Shown: one piece after another, positions 1 to 12,039 of the stretch | How positions within the stretch are numbered: position 1 is the first letter of the stretch | How the letters are laid out: each line of letters begins with the position of its first letter | NCBI GenBank assembly: GCA_002269645.1 | Contig: NIVC01000976.1 | Location: 186,001 to 250,000 of the forward strand | Direction of reading: 5' to 3' | DNA length: 64,000 nucleotides | Source of the DNA: Macrostomum lignano | Lineage: Eukaryota | The notes under the pieces: generated by a model | Seen by the model: only the letters and a program-made list of their open reading frames with translations | What the model was told of the DNA's origin: nothing | The model's database searches: none | Made by a program: the position numbers and the translations under genes

Positions 1-625
1 ACTCACCAGGAGACAGTGGCACCCACCAAGAGACATGTGCACTCACCAGGAGACAGTGGCACCCACCAAGAGACATGTGCACTCACCAGGAGACAGTGGC
101 ACCCACCAAGAGACATGTGCACTCACCAGGAGACAGTGGCACCCACCAAGAGACATGTGCACTCACCAGGAGACAGTGGCACCCACCAAGAGACATGTGC
201 ACCCACCAGGAGACAGTGGCACCCACCAAGAGACATGTGCACTCACCAGGAGACAGTGGCACCCACCAAGAGACATGTGCACCCACCAGGAGACAGTGGC
301 ACCCACCAAGAGACATGTGCACCCACCAGGAGACAGTGGCACCCACCAAGAGACATGTGCACCCACCAGGAAACAGTGGCACCCACCAAGAGACATGTGC
401 ACCCACCAGGAGACAGTGGCACCCACCAAGAGACATGTGCACTCACCAGGAGACAGTGGCACCCACCAAGAGACATGTGCATACACCAAGAGACATGTGT
501 ACCCACCAAGAGATATGTGCACCCACCAAGAGACATGTGCACTCACCAAGAGACATGTGCATACACCAAGAGACATGTGCATACACCAAGAGACATGTGC
601 ACCCACCAGGAGACACGTGCACCAT
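1..625. repeat. 40-bp tandem repeat (two 20-bp subunits), runs off the window start
   Basis: Unit ACTCACCAGGAGACAGTGGC-ACCCACCAAGAGACATGTGC repeated about 12 times, then 20-bp monomers from about 480. Confidence 0.97.
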
Positions 626-934
626 GTCCACCAAAACCCCTCATCGTAGCAGTTTAAATGTCAAATTTTAATGTTTATTGTCTTAAACTGATGCATGCGT
701 GCTGCTCGAATTCGCGTCAGTTGATTTTGTCGAATAAATTTGTGTGAAAAGCCGGACTTCAGATGGACTGCTTGAATACTTTCTATGACATTCTGAATTC
801 TTTATTGTTAGAATTGCCAGAGTATATTGCCAGAGTAACGAGAGACTTTTCATTCATTTTATGCGAGCAAGTTGTCTGTCTCGCGAATTCAGCCAATGCT
901 GAAGCACTGCACGCATTGTGTTGTTCTCTGTCCA

Positions 935-1077
935 GCTGCGCTCCCTCAGTGCTTGAGAATCTGCCTCTCCGCTCCCTCAGTGCTTGCGAATCTGCCTCTC
1001 CGCTCCCTCAGTGCTTGAGAATCTGCCTCTCCGCTCCCTCAGTGCTTGAGAATCTGCCTCTCCGCTCCCTCAGTGCA
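935..1077. repeat. 31-bp tandem repeat, about 4.5 copies
   Basis: CTCCCTCAGTGCTTGAGAATCTGCCTCTCCG repeated. Confidence 0.9.
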
Positions 1078-1860
1078 GGGCAGTTACAAATCAATAGAAC
1101 TACGAGTATATAGATGATTTTCTTTCAGAAGCAGATGCAATAAATTAAATTAATAATGCCAGATTACAAGATTACAAAGGTAACAGTTGATTCAAAGTCA
1201 AACGAGCTGTCAGAACAAGCAAGCATTTGTGATTTGCAGAGAAACCATATTTAGTAAACGGGAAAAATTAAAAGTTTGATTTCTGTGCTGATTGAACTCG
1301 AAATATTGCAAGCCTGGGTTTCATTTTAGCTGATGAAGCGTAGTATTTTCAAGTCAACCAATAATTAAAAATATTGAGGCCTTTGATATGGGTTGGCCAG
1401 CTAAGAGCTCATAAAACCATTTGCGAATGGCCGACAGCTATCAAAGCAGCTAGCTTCTAGAGTGCAGATAGCGTGAAAGAACATCGTGTACTTGAATAGG
1501 CAATGGTATGGCTTGACTTTACTGACAGAAAAAGCAATATTGACGCAAAGATTTCAGAGCTGCGAAGCCAAAAAGCCAGCAGTAAAGTTTATCTGACAGC
1601 AAATATGTCATGCCAATTATAATATTTCAATATTTCTGCCAGAGGATAACATGAAAATATTTTAACTGCTCAAATTTTATTTATACAGGGGCCTATACTA
1701 TAAGGCTTAACGGTGAGTAGTTAAGTAGTGATTAGAATGAAAGTTTTGATGTTGCTAGCTAAACCCAAAGCCATCTATATTGTGGAATTTGAGCAGTTAA
1801 AACACATTGAGCAGTCTTATAATCTACAGGAAAGGCGTGCGTCAATCTGGATTGATCGGC

Positions 1861-2594
1861 TCAGCACTCAGGTGCGTGGATGATGCCGATCCGAGCCTTC
1901 TTGTACAGGTAGTAGGTCCGCGCCAGGTCGTGATCTGCTACGAACGCCGACAAAGGCGCCAAGATGGCGCTGGCGCCCTGCTCGGCCGCGATGCTCAGCA
2001 GGCTGTCGGTGAACTCGCGTCCGAACGCGTGGATGAAGCGAAACGAGCGCGGCCCGGCGCCGGTTTTGCTGCGCTCGCGCAGGCGCCGAACCAGGCGCAC
2101 TTCCTGAAGCGGTTGCAGGTAGTTGTAGCTTTTAGTTCATCTGGATGGGTTACAGGCTTAGGAAAAGTCTGCGATAAAAAATTGTAACCCACAATCACCT
2201 GTTTCACAGACGCTTCCAGCTGCCGCTCCATCTGCAACTCCATGCTGATGTCGTCCTCCAGCGGGCTGACTGCCATGGTTGCGTTGGACGACTCTTCGCT
2301 GCTCGACGTGGACGCCGCAGATGACGACGCGCTGCCTCCGCGACGATACGACGCCGCCGATTCTGCCGCCTTCCTCGCCGGCTTCCGGCTGACAGCTGCG
2401 GCTGGAGGACAGTCGGGGATGAGGAGGCGCACCAGGACCAGGCGGTCCCCGGCTGAGCTGATGTTGGCCGTGTACCAGTCCAGCAGCTGCATGGTTTCGT
2501 CGAGGTCGTCCGTGATGGGAGCGACGATCACCCGCCCGCTCGTGCTCGGTCCGCCGACCTGAGCAGCTTCGATTGCGTTGGAAACCGTTGCCAT
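1861..2594 (-). CDS. Divergent universal stress protein (USP)-like protein, 2 exons (2594-2199, 2103-1861)
   Basis: The N-terminal RVIVAPITDDLDETMQLLDWYTANISSAGDRLVLVRL resembles the USP beta1-alpha1-beta2 pattern. A 95-nt GT-AG intron (2198-2104) joins ..ASVKQ|EVRLVRR.. in frame to ..SLLSIAAEQGASAILA..IIHAPEC*. Confidence 0.6.
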
Positions 2595-3539
2595 ACTGAG
2601 CTGGGACTGCTGCCGACTCTGTAATCTCTGTGCTCGCCGCCACTCGCTTCTCTTTTTCGTTCAGGTGAAAATTGCCTGCACTGCTGGCTTGCGCAACTCC
2701 AGTTTTTATATCGGTCAGCGGGCGGTGCGTAGGACGGCAGAGCCTCTCACGCGCGGACTGCGGGGTCACACGCGAACTGCATTGTATTCCGCTTGATAAC
2801 GATTATGAGTAGGGGGGGGGGGGCAGGCTCGGTCTGTCTTGATATGCGCGGGCAGGTGTCACAGCCCGATCAAGCGTCTCGAACTTTAAGTAAATAGGGA
2901 AAGAAAGTGTTATAAAACACACACAATTCCGTGAAGCGGTGTTACATTTTTCACAGCACAATGGCATATTGAAATATAATCTGCTAGGGTTGAGCAATGA
3001 CACACCCCTGTCACTTGAGGTCATCAGACACCTATTCGAATCGATAGTAGCAGAGTTTGGCTTGGTGTTTGCTGTGGCAACCATGGGTTCGATTTTTTAT
3101 CACCCACACTTTAGCCTATCTGGTACTTCTAGAAACAAGTGCATTATAATCAAGCACATCTGTCTGCGGAAGGCGCCTTGTCGCATTAATGGACATGTGT
3201 CACATTTGAACTCTCACCTGCCTGCCGCGCCTCAGATTGTACGAGTTGCGATTAACTTGGCTACATATCTATAATGCCACGTTCTCGTTCGGGCAAACTC
3301 GGTGGTCTCCGATCGTGAAGTATTCAACTGGTGCCCACTCTTAATCTGGAACTTCGAAGGGCATTACAGAGCTTATGACTTTTGCTCATCTTTCGGACTG
3401 GTTTTAGAAATTCCTTAGCGACGGATTTCGTCAGGTTGTTCTGGTAGTCTTTATTGGAAACTATGCAATTGCCATAAATCCCAAAGGGAATACGAGAGAA
3501 TGCAAGCGGCTAATGTAAAACTATCGCAGGCTTACTGAA

Positions 3540-3750
3540 GACCCACCCACCAACCGAGCTGCACTGTACCGCCGTGCCGTCCAAGCGACCTGCTGTGCCG
3601 TGTCTGCTGGCAGTTCGCTTTCCCCAACTCCGTGTCGCACTGCCCACAGCCCGTGCAGCAGGTGCTGTCGCTGATGCTGCAAGCAGCTCTACCAACGAGG
3701 ACAGGTGCGCACTCGGTGATTCGGTAACTGCCTGCGTGGCTATTTCGTGC
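3540..3750 (+). mobile_element. Degenerate 3' fragment of the RTE-like LINE
   Basis: Shares GTCCAAGCGACCTGCTG and GGTGCTG..GCTGCA..CAGG(T/C)GCGCACTCGG with 16380-16600. Confidence 0.6.
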
Positions 3751-5039
3751 TCAGGTCCGAATCACGCACCGTGGCGCTTTTTAACCCTTACCCTAACCTC
3801 CGAATCGCACTTTTGTGCGGACTTTTCTGATGAATCAATGAAAGGGTAGTTCACTCAGCGTAGTCGTGCATCATTTCTAGCAGGCGAACCAAGGCCGTCT
3901 GGAGTGGAACGGCTTTATGGGAATTCTCCGTTCACGAGCCGCAAGCATGCAGTAGTTTTTCACGGGCAGATAACACTCACCTGGGGCAGTGCGAGAAGCC
4001 ACCCCAGGACGCAATGCGCGCTCTCGAGTTTTCACTTCATGCTTAGTAGATCATAAAATTTTATTACACACTGAGCTACAGGTGCCACAGCTTGGCCAGC
4101 CAGAATACCTGGCTTCCCAAGTCATTAATAAAAAATCACAAAGGACCGGCTCAGAGCGCGTGCTACCGATTAAAAATACAATTAACTGTTTATGCAACAG
4201 CATTTTTGATTCTGAAGGAATCATTTAAAAGTTTGGTTGCACTGACTTCGCTTTGGCGGCAAAACAGTCATGAAAGGCACTGAGCCGTGCATTAAATTTA
4301 GCTGGTGTCATAAAAAATAGTTCGCGTGCACCCACCACTCGACACCTGAATCCGGCATGAGGCATATATTGTGTAGCTGGCGTGCATTTGCAAAAATTAT
4401 AATTGATGAAAAGTACGAGTACGACTTGACGACACGACTCAAGCCCGTGCTGAGCATGTCCGAGCGACCTTCGATGTCTTCAATACCGGGTGCGGCCGCA
4501 GCCGCGCACACCCCACCCAACACTGACCTCTATTTGTCATTTTTCACACTGGCTTTCAAAAAGCAAACTGCGGTTTCCCCACTAAATTATTACTTTTTTT
4601 CTTTGAATACGACGCAGAAATTTTAATTCGGTTTGCCTTATCATCGACTGAGGCTGTGTTCTCTTACCTGCCTATCAATCAACATAGCAAGACCCTTCAA
4701 GCTAGTTAACTGTGAATGAGAACGGTTGAATATTAAATTAATTAGGCACTTGCTACAAAGCTTTATAGTTCAATTCAAGGGCACCTTTGGTCACTTGTTG
4801 CCTTGGCAAGTATAAGGCAATTGCATAGTTGTATTAGTAATTCTCGAACAACTTTTACTAACAGAATGAAGGCACAAGATGAATGTTCCCGAAAAGCTGA
4901 CGCGCTGTTGCCCTCCCAATGACTCGCCTGCCATTATCACTTGTTTCGTAGAATGTCATCTTGATTTCCTAGAAAAACCAACCCGAACGACGCAGCCACT
5001 GAGCCAAACCAGGTGGCTGAAGGTCGCGGCGGAATTAAA

Positions 5040-5662
5040 GTCAATGGAAGTTCATTCGAAATGTTGTAGCAAACGGTTTCCTAGGCAATGGAAGCTCCTT
5101 CGACATGTTGTGGCAAACAGTTTCCTAGGCGATGGAAGCTCATTCGACATGTTGTGGCGAACGGATCCTAGTCAATGGAAGCTCATTCGACATGTTGCAT
5201 CAAACGGTTTCCTGGTCAATGGAAGCTCCTTCGACATGTTGCATCAAACGGTTTCCTGGTCAATGGAAGCTCCTTCGACATGTTGCATCAAACGGTTTCC
5301 TGGTCAATGGAAGCTCCTTCGACATGTTGCATCAAACGGTTTCCTGGTCAATGGAAGCTCCTTCGACATGTTGCATCCAACGGTTTCCTGGTCAATGGAA
5401 GCTCCTTCGAAATGTTGCATCCAACGGTTTCCTAGTCAATGGAAGCTCCTTCAAAATGTTGCATCCAACGGTTTCCTGGTCAATGGAAGCTCCTTCGACA
5501 TGTTGCATCAAACGGTTTCCTGGTCAATGGAAGCTCCTTCGACATGTTGCATCCAACGGTTTCCTAGGCAATGGAAGCTCCTTCGACATGTTGCATCAAA
5601 CGGTTTCCTGGTCAATGGAAGCTCCTTCGACATGTTGCATCCAACGGTTTCCTGGTCAATGG
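5040..5662. repeat. 44-bp tandem repeat, about 14 copies
   Basis: CAATGGAAGCTCCTTCGACATGTTGCATCAAACGGTTTCCTGGT; translation repeats every 44 aa (3 units). Confidence 0.97.
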
Positions 5663-6129
5663 TCTGGAAGCTCTAACAATGGTATCTCGAAAAAAGAATC
5701 AACACTTCTAATGACTCGATGTTCAGAGGCACCATCGCCCATGCCTATGCCATGACCAAATCCGATACTGTGCGACACTGCTGTATAATACGAGCGTATA
5801 GTATTTCAGTGCAAGCGATCAAGCGATCGAAGTAGAATCACACAATTAGAAACAGTAAAATACGAGTATGTCATTCAAAAGGGTGGGAAGCAGATGAATC
5901 TAAATGTGACTAAGGTCACTGTCGGTACTGTTTGAATTGCATGTAGTGCGCCTGGATCACTTATTTGTATGCATAACAAAAATTTAAAATCCTGTAAAGT
6001 TGACCATAACACGGCCCGTCAGAAAGCGGTCAGTAGACTTTATGCAATCAGAGCAACAAGAAGCTTAATGCTGACTGAGCGTTGGTACTCAAAGTAGGGC
6101 AAAAAGCGAACTTTTTTTATTTTACGGAC

Positions 6130-6270
6130 AAATACTAAACGCGCCTGCCCTTGCCGGTAGGCCAGCGTCTGCAGCAGCACCTCCTGCTCCGGCTGTGGGC
6201 AGTGCGACACGGCGCTGATGATGTAGCCCGCCAGCTGGAGTCGCTGACGGCGCAATAGGTCGCTTGATCC
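6130..6270 (-). mobile_element. RTE-like LINE 3' fragment
   Basis: RRQRLQLAGYIISAVSHCPQPEQEVLLQTLAYRQGQAR matches RRRRLQLAGHIIRAESHCPEPVQEVLLLTLQAPYRRGQAR at 16440-16565. Confidence 0.8.
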
Positions 6271-6311
6271 GTGACTCTATGAATACGATTAACTCTTTCG
6301 ATTGGTTCAAC

Positions 6312-7250
6312 TGGTACTAGTAGACATAGACAACTTGTACTAGTAGACATAGACAACTTGTACTAGTAGACATAGACAACTTGTACTAGTAGACATAGGC
6401 AACTTGTACTAGTAGACATAGGCAACTTGCACTAGTAGACATAGGCAACTTGTACTAGTAGACATAGACAACTTGTACTAGTAGACATAGACAACTTGTA
6501 CTAGTAGACATAGGCAACTTGCACTAGTAGACATAGACAACTTGTACTAGTAGACATAGGCAACTTGCACTAGTAGACATAGACAACTTGTACTAGTAGA
6601 CATAGACAACTTGTACTAGTAGACATAGACAACTTGTACTAGTAGACATAGACAACTTGTACTAGTAGACATAGGCAACTTGCACTAGTAGACATAGGCA
6701 ACTTGCACTAGTAGACATAGGCAACTTGTACTAGTAGACATAGACAACTTGTACTAGTAGACATAGGCAACTTGCACTAGTAGACATAGACAACTTGTAC
6801 TAGTAGACATAGACAACTTGTACTAGTAGACATAGGCAACTTGCACTAGTAGACATAGGCAACTTGTACTAGTAGACATAGGCAACTTGCACTAGTAGAC
6901 ATAGGCAACTTGCACTAGTAGACATAGACAACTTGTACTAGTAGACATAGACAACTTGTACTAGTAGACATAGGCAACTTGCACTAGTAGACATAGGCAA
7001 CTTGTACTAGTAGACATAGGCAACTTGCACTAGTAGACATAGGCAACTTGCACTAGTAGACATAGACAACTTGTACTAGTAGACATAGACAACTTGTACT
7101 AGTAGACATAGGCAACTTGCACTAGTAGACATAGGCAACTTGCACTAGTAGACATAGGCAACTTGTACTAGTAGACATAGACAACTTGTACTAGTAGACA
7201 TAGGCAACTTGCACTAGTAGACATAGGCAACTTGCACTAGTAGACTAGAC
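6312..7250. repeat. 23-bp tandem repeat, about 40 copies
   Basis: ACTAGTAGACATAG(A/G)CAACTTG(T/C). Confidence 0.97.
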
Positions 7251-8965
7251 ATCCCGTGGAGTCGCCGCGTGGCAAGTGCTCTTACCTTTTAAATGCAACA
7301 CAATACCGTGGAAAAACCATTGTAACTGAAGCACTGCACGGACTATTCTTGTCAAACTATTTAAGAATGGATATTCCAATCTACCACAGAGTTCGAATTG
7401 CTAAAACCAGACACGCAGCGACCCCATGTCAAATATCAGTCTCAGGACCAGGAACGCTTGTATTTGTCTCTGTACACCGTGTATTAAAAAGCTGAACGAG
7501 GACCTACGCGTAGAGCTATTTTGAGCTTTCCAGCCAGACTTTTTATCGCATGCGTAAGCTATAAGCAGGTTTTTTCCGATCAGCAAACGTTTAATAAGTA
7601 CAGATAGAGGCAAGCGGAGAGTGAACTTTGGTTCAAAAAAAGATTTTCAAGCACCCCCCGCTTTCCTGAGAGACTTTCTAGGCTTGGCTATTTGATATGC
7701 TGATTAAGAAGCTGTCCATTTGTTGTCCTTTCGTCCAGAAATAACACGTTTAACCGTTTATTAAATTTGACATAAAGCGAGGTCAATCCAGTTAAAACAG
7801 TCGAAGTAACTTCAGAATTTTAAAAGCACCATGTGACGCTAAAGTGAACCTCCACCTCCGTCTCGCATTTGATACGCATGAAGCCCCGCAGTCTTGGGAC
7901 AACCACGGCTACAAAAAGAGACAGTGACGTCATCGATTCAAAATATGATTTTCCGAAAATTCAGGATCTTTTTTGTCGATGACATAACCAGACAATGAAA
8001 GAATGTTTTAAACAAAAGATACCTTTTCAACAAAGCATGAGCTTAAAAAATTCTGAACGGAAGATACTGCTGAATATTGCAGTATTACAAGCTAAAAAAA
8101 ATTGTCCAATAAGTTTCCGGCCAAATTCTGCCCAGTCGCAGACGCAGTGAAGATTTTTTATTTGCACCGCCAGCGATGAAAAGCTACCATTGATTTATTG
8201 GTGTTTCTTTGACTTTAAAGCCCGGATTTCCTGACTACAGCTGCATTTCTGCTGCTAGAGAACTCACAAGTATTGATCTGCGGCACCGTCCGCCCAGCAT
8301 CAGGTGAGGAAGCTCAGAACAATGACTCTATTGTCAATTCTTATGGTATGCAGCTTCGGCCCCAAGATTCAGCCTGTAAAGAATCACCTGTAAGCATCCT
8401 GTATAGACCAGTTCCTGTAAGCCTGTTCCCGTAAACAACCACCTGGCATAAACGTATAAATATCTAAAAAACGTTTTCGCATTTTATCCTAAAGTGGTTG
8501 TGCCCATTTAAATTCTGTAAGAGAAAGCCAGCTGCAACCTGGTCTACCGGGCTAATTCATTTAAACAAATGTCACTATAATTGCAAATAGAATTTTTCTC
8601 GCTACTAAAAAAGACTTCTCGATATCCAGATGAGGAAAGAAACAAAGGACACAATAAGCAGAAATTTGAATGCTTGCTTTATTACTGGCATCTGAGTTTT
8701 CACGTGTATTTGACGCGGGAATGCCAGCAGGTGGTATTCGACTTGACAAGTTTGCTGGGATATTTGTCATCGCACTAACACGAGACTTTGACAGAAGTTG
8801 GAAATTGGAAAAAAGTTTTCAAATAAACTGCTTTTTTAAATAAAAAGATAGAAATAATGGTTTTAAACAAAAACAGAATTCTTTAATTCTCCTATCCAAT
8901 GCTTTCTTCAGTTAGCAAAGATTTCTGGATCTGGGTCTTTCCACGTCGTCGTCACCTCCGGTCCT

Positions 8966-10110
8966 TCAGGGCAGCAAAACCAGCCGGATGCTCTTCAGCG
9001 AGTACATCCCGTCCACGCTGGCCCAAAAGTACTTTCCGGGGGTGGCCTGCCGGGTGCTGAAGTAGACTCCATTCGGGTTGCACTGGCTGCAGCCGTTGAA
9101 CCACCAGCCTCCGTAGCCACCGCTAGAATTGGAGCACGACATGCTGGTGAAGTCTCTGTCGGTGGTTGAGAAAACCCGTCCTTTGTGGTGCGCCAGCGAA
9201 TCGGCCGAGGTGTTGGACCTGTCCGCCAGGTAGGAGCCGTAGTCCATCAGGTAGTTGATGCTGGCGTCGCCCACGACGAATCCGGAGTACTCGGCAACGT
9301 ACAGAGCGCCGGACCATTTGACGGCCTCCATCCGCAGGGTTCGTGGCGTCAGGTTGTTGCTCAACTTGTTGATAGATCGCAGGCCTGTGAAAGTGGTTGA
9401 ATTTCGGCTCCCAGAGGCGTAGGCAAGACTTCTCATTCGAGAGGCTAACAAAGCTACATGTACTTTAAATAATGATATTAATCGTTGCAGGAGAGCAGGA
9501 GGGCATGCTGGTGCAACGCCTTTAGCGATATCGTTTCACAACCAGAGCCGAGGCAACTCTGCTCATTCCTGAGCACATACAAGCGCGCCAATACTGTGTA
9601 CGCAGGCCACGCACTCATGCACACGTTTCTCACCAATCCAAAAGTCGATTCCGTCTCCAAAGCCTTCCTCATACTCCGACCAGGTCCGCTGAAAGCTCAG
9701 ACTGCCGTTCGAGCGGCTCTGGATGATGCGCTGTGATATCGGCTCGTCTGTGGGCCCGAGAGGAAAGTTATTTTATTCTACTTTAGTTTTGCATGTTGTC
9801 CTTCAATTCAAAAAAGCGAACAGCTCGAAGGGGCAGAAAAAACTGACCGGTCTCTCGACGAAATACGACGGTGTCTGGCGGTACGGAGCCGAACTCGGCT
9901 TGCTTGAGCACGGACTGCAGGCAGCTGTTCGACTCAGGCAAGTAGACGGTGGCGGCGCAGTCGAAGTAGTCAACCACAGCGCAGCGGACGGCGCAGTCGA
10001 TCTTGCTCTTGCCGGGCACCAGCGAGCCGGCTGTGCTGACTGTCGGAATGGCGGGCTGCTCCGCGCTGAACACTGGAACGCAGAAGTAGGCAAGCAGGCG
10101 TTGGGTTAGC
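8966..10110 (-). CDS. PAN/apple-like + fibrinogen-related domain (FReD) protein; exons ~10110-9848, 9747-9634, 9384-8966; 5' end not located
   Basis: Phase-1 junctions give ..RET|DEPISQRIIQSRSNGSLSFQRTWSEYEEGFGDGIDFWIG|LRSINKLS..FSTTDRD..GGWWFNGCSQCNPNGVY, which are FReD motifs. The upstream exon has DCAVRC..DCAATVY..SC, a PAN-like Cys pattern. Confidence 0.88.
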
Positions 10111-10194
10111 TATCGAGACAGCTAAAACTTGACTTTGGTTATCAAAGGACCCTGGCTAGGGCGGGAACACGGGCCCCGCCGCCGACAGAGTTAG

Positions 10195-10500
10195 CAGCAG
10201 GGGGCGCCAGCGCCAGGGGGCGCCAGCACCAGGGGGCGCCAGCACCAGGGGGCGCCAGCGCCAGGGGGCGCCAGCACCAGGGGGCGCCAGCACCAGGGGG
10301 CGCCAGCGCCAGGGGGCGCCAGCGCCAGAGGGCGCCAGCACCAGGGGGCGCCAGCACCAGGGGGCGCCAGCACCAGGGGGCGCCAGCACCAGGGGGCGCC
10401 AGCGCCAGGGGCGCCAGCACCAGGGGGCGCCAGCACCAGGGGGCGCCAGCACCAGGGGGCGCCAGCACCAGGGGCGCCAGCACCAGGGGGCGCCAGTCAC
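10195..10500. repeat. 16-17 bp GC-rich tandem repeat
   Basis: CCAGGGGGCGCCAGC(A/G) about 18 copies. Confidence 0.95.
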
Positions 10501-11344
10501 TAGAGTGTCCCAAATTTCGCTAATGAATTTTCGCTAATTTGTAGATTCCTTTTTAAAAAACTGTTCTGCTTTGAAACGCCCTGTGCGGTAAAACACCACT
10601 TATTTAATGCAAAGCAATTTACCAGGAAAATTTCTGTGTGGAAACTCTCATGACAATTAAAATGGAGTTCAAAAGTCAAACAACGCACCTGTAAAACTCG
10701 TGGCAGCCTCAGATTGGGTGATTATTACAACAGCGGTAATGAAAGGTAAGATCAAACCAATTGGATGGCTCATGCTTGCAGGAAAACTAATTCCCAAGCA
10801 AACGGGACAAATCAACGGAGGCGCATTTTCACCTGCGAGATTTCGTGGTTACTTTTATAGATGCACGACCACCCATCCTCGCCCCAATCCAGCGCACGAT
10901 TGGCCCCTGGCATGCTGGGATGATTTTACAGCAGAATTTTCCTCTCCCGTCAGGCCTTTTGACGCCTCTTCCCCAGAAAAATAGAAAATCAAATCACCCA
11001 TTTTTTGGCAACTCATCGGCAGCAAGAAATCGGAGTCCAAAGCAAATGTTGTCCAAGCACACAGTCGTCACTAAAACTTGTGCAAAGAAACCGGGTCGTG
11101 AAGCTCTGCGGTTGCAAACGAGTTGAGAGCATGGGAGGAATGAATTGCGGATTCAAACTTGAGCATCACATGACCCCGATAAATCGTATGACCACATGGG
11201 AGGGACCTGGGAGCGGGCTCTGTCTCTGATTCCGTCATCTAAGCTGACAATTTCCATTCAGAGTATTCATTCTGACGCTAAATTTCAGATTTGCTTCATT
11301 GCGTTATTAGGAAACAGAATTCTGATTCGCCAACTTTTTACTTG

Positions 11345-11650
11345 TAATAATAATAATTGATTATGCCTGCCCCAATTGGGCCAGTTGTGCAACCGACAGC
11401 TCAGCCGCAGCTATTGCGCGGCGCATCTGAAGGCTGCATACGGCTGTTCAGTCCAAGGACTGGGGGGGGGGGTCGCAGCCTAAATTACCCCCCCCCCCCC
11501 AGCTAATGTTGGCACCCATTTTACAACTGGGTGGACTGAAGCAATGCAGAGTTGAGCGTCTTGCTCAGGGACACAAATTTTACCGAGTGGGTCGAGAACC
11601 GAACCCCCGACCTTTCAGTCGTGAGTCTGACGCTCTAGCAACTAGGCTTT
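11345..11650 (-). mobile_element. tRNA-derived SINE (V-SINE-like core)
   Basis: Minus strand: GCCTAGTTGCTAGAGCGTCAGACTCACGACTGAAAGGTCGGGGGTTCGGTTCTCG (A/B-box-like head), then GTGTCCCTGAGCAAGACGCTCAACTC..CCACCCAGTTGTAAAATGGGTGCC, ending in a (TAT)n tail. Confidence 0.7.
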
Positions 11651-12039
11651 TCACTTGCTAACCACTTGAAAGTCCAGGACGTTATTGGTATAGCGTTTTA
11701 CTTTTGGGACTTAGAAAACTTCGTTTCTGGTTTAAGCCGGAGCCACTTGACGGGTTGCCAGCAGCCCCAGGGTCTGCCTTGAACACCTGCGGGAACGTCT
11801 ACCTTGGGTCGGCTCGCGAAAATGGCTTGGAGGAGTCTGCGGCTGCCAGAGGCAAATAGGGGATGCAGATCGCCCGCCAGCTTTGACCTGCACCCTGCAG
11901 AATGCATTGGCAGGCGTTAAGCATCGCAGACATTAGTCCATAGGCCTAGGCAGTCTCAGACTTCACTGGCATGCTGAAACGCCATTGCGGATAGACGTTG
12001 TCCAACTTATCAACAAACGCGGTGCATGAAAGCTTAGCG

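Noticed and set aside
763-1800. ORF 763-1113 and nearby short ORFs as a gene
   Set aside because: No recognisable motif; the second half of the ORF is the 31-bp repeat.
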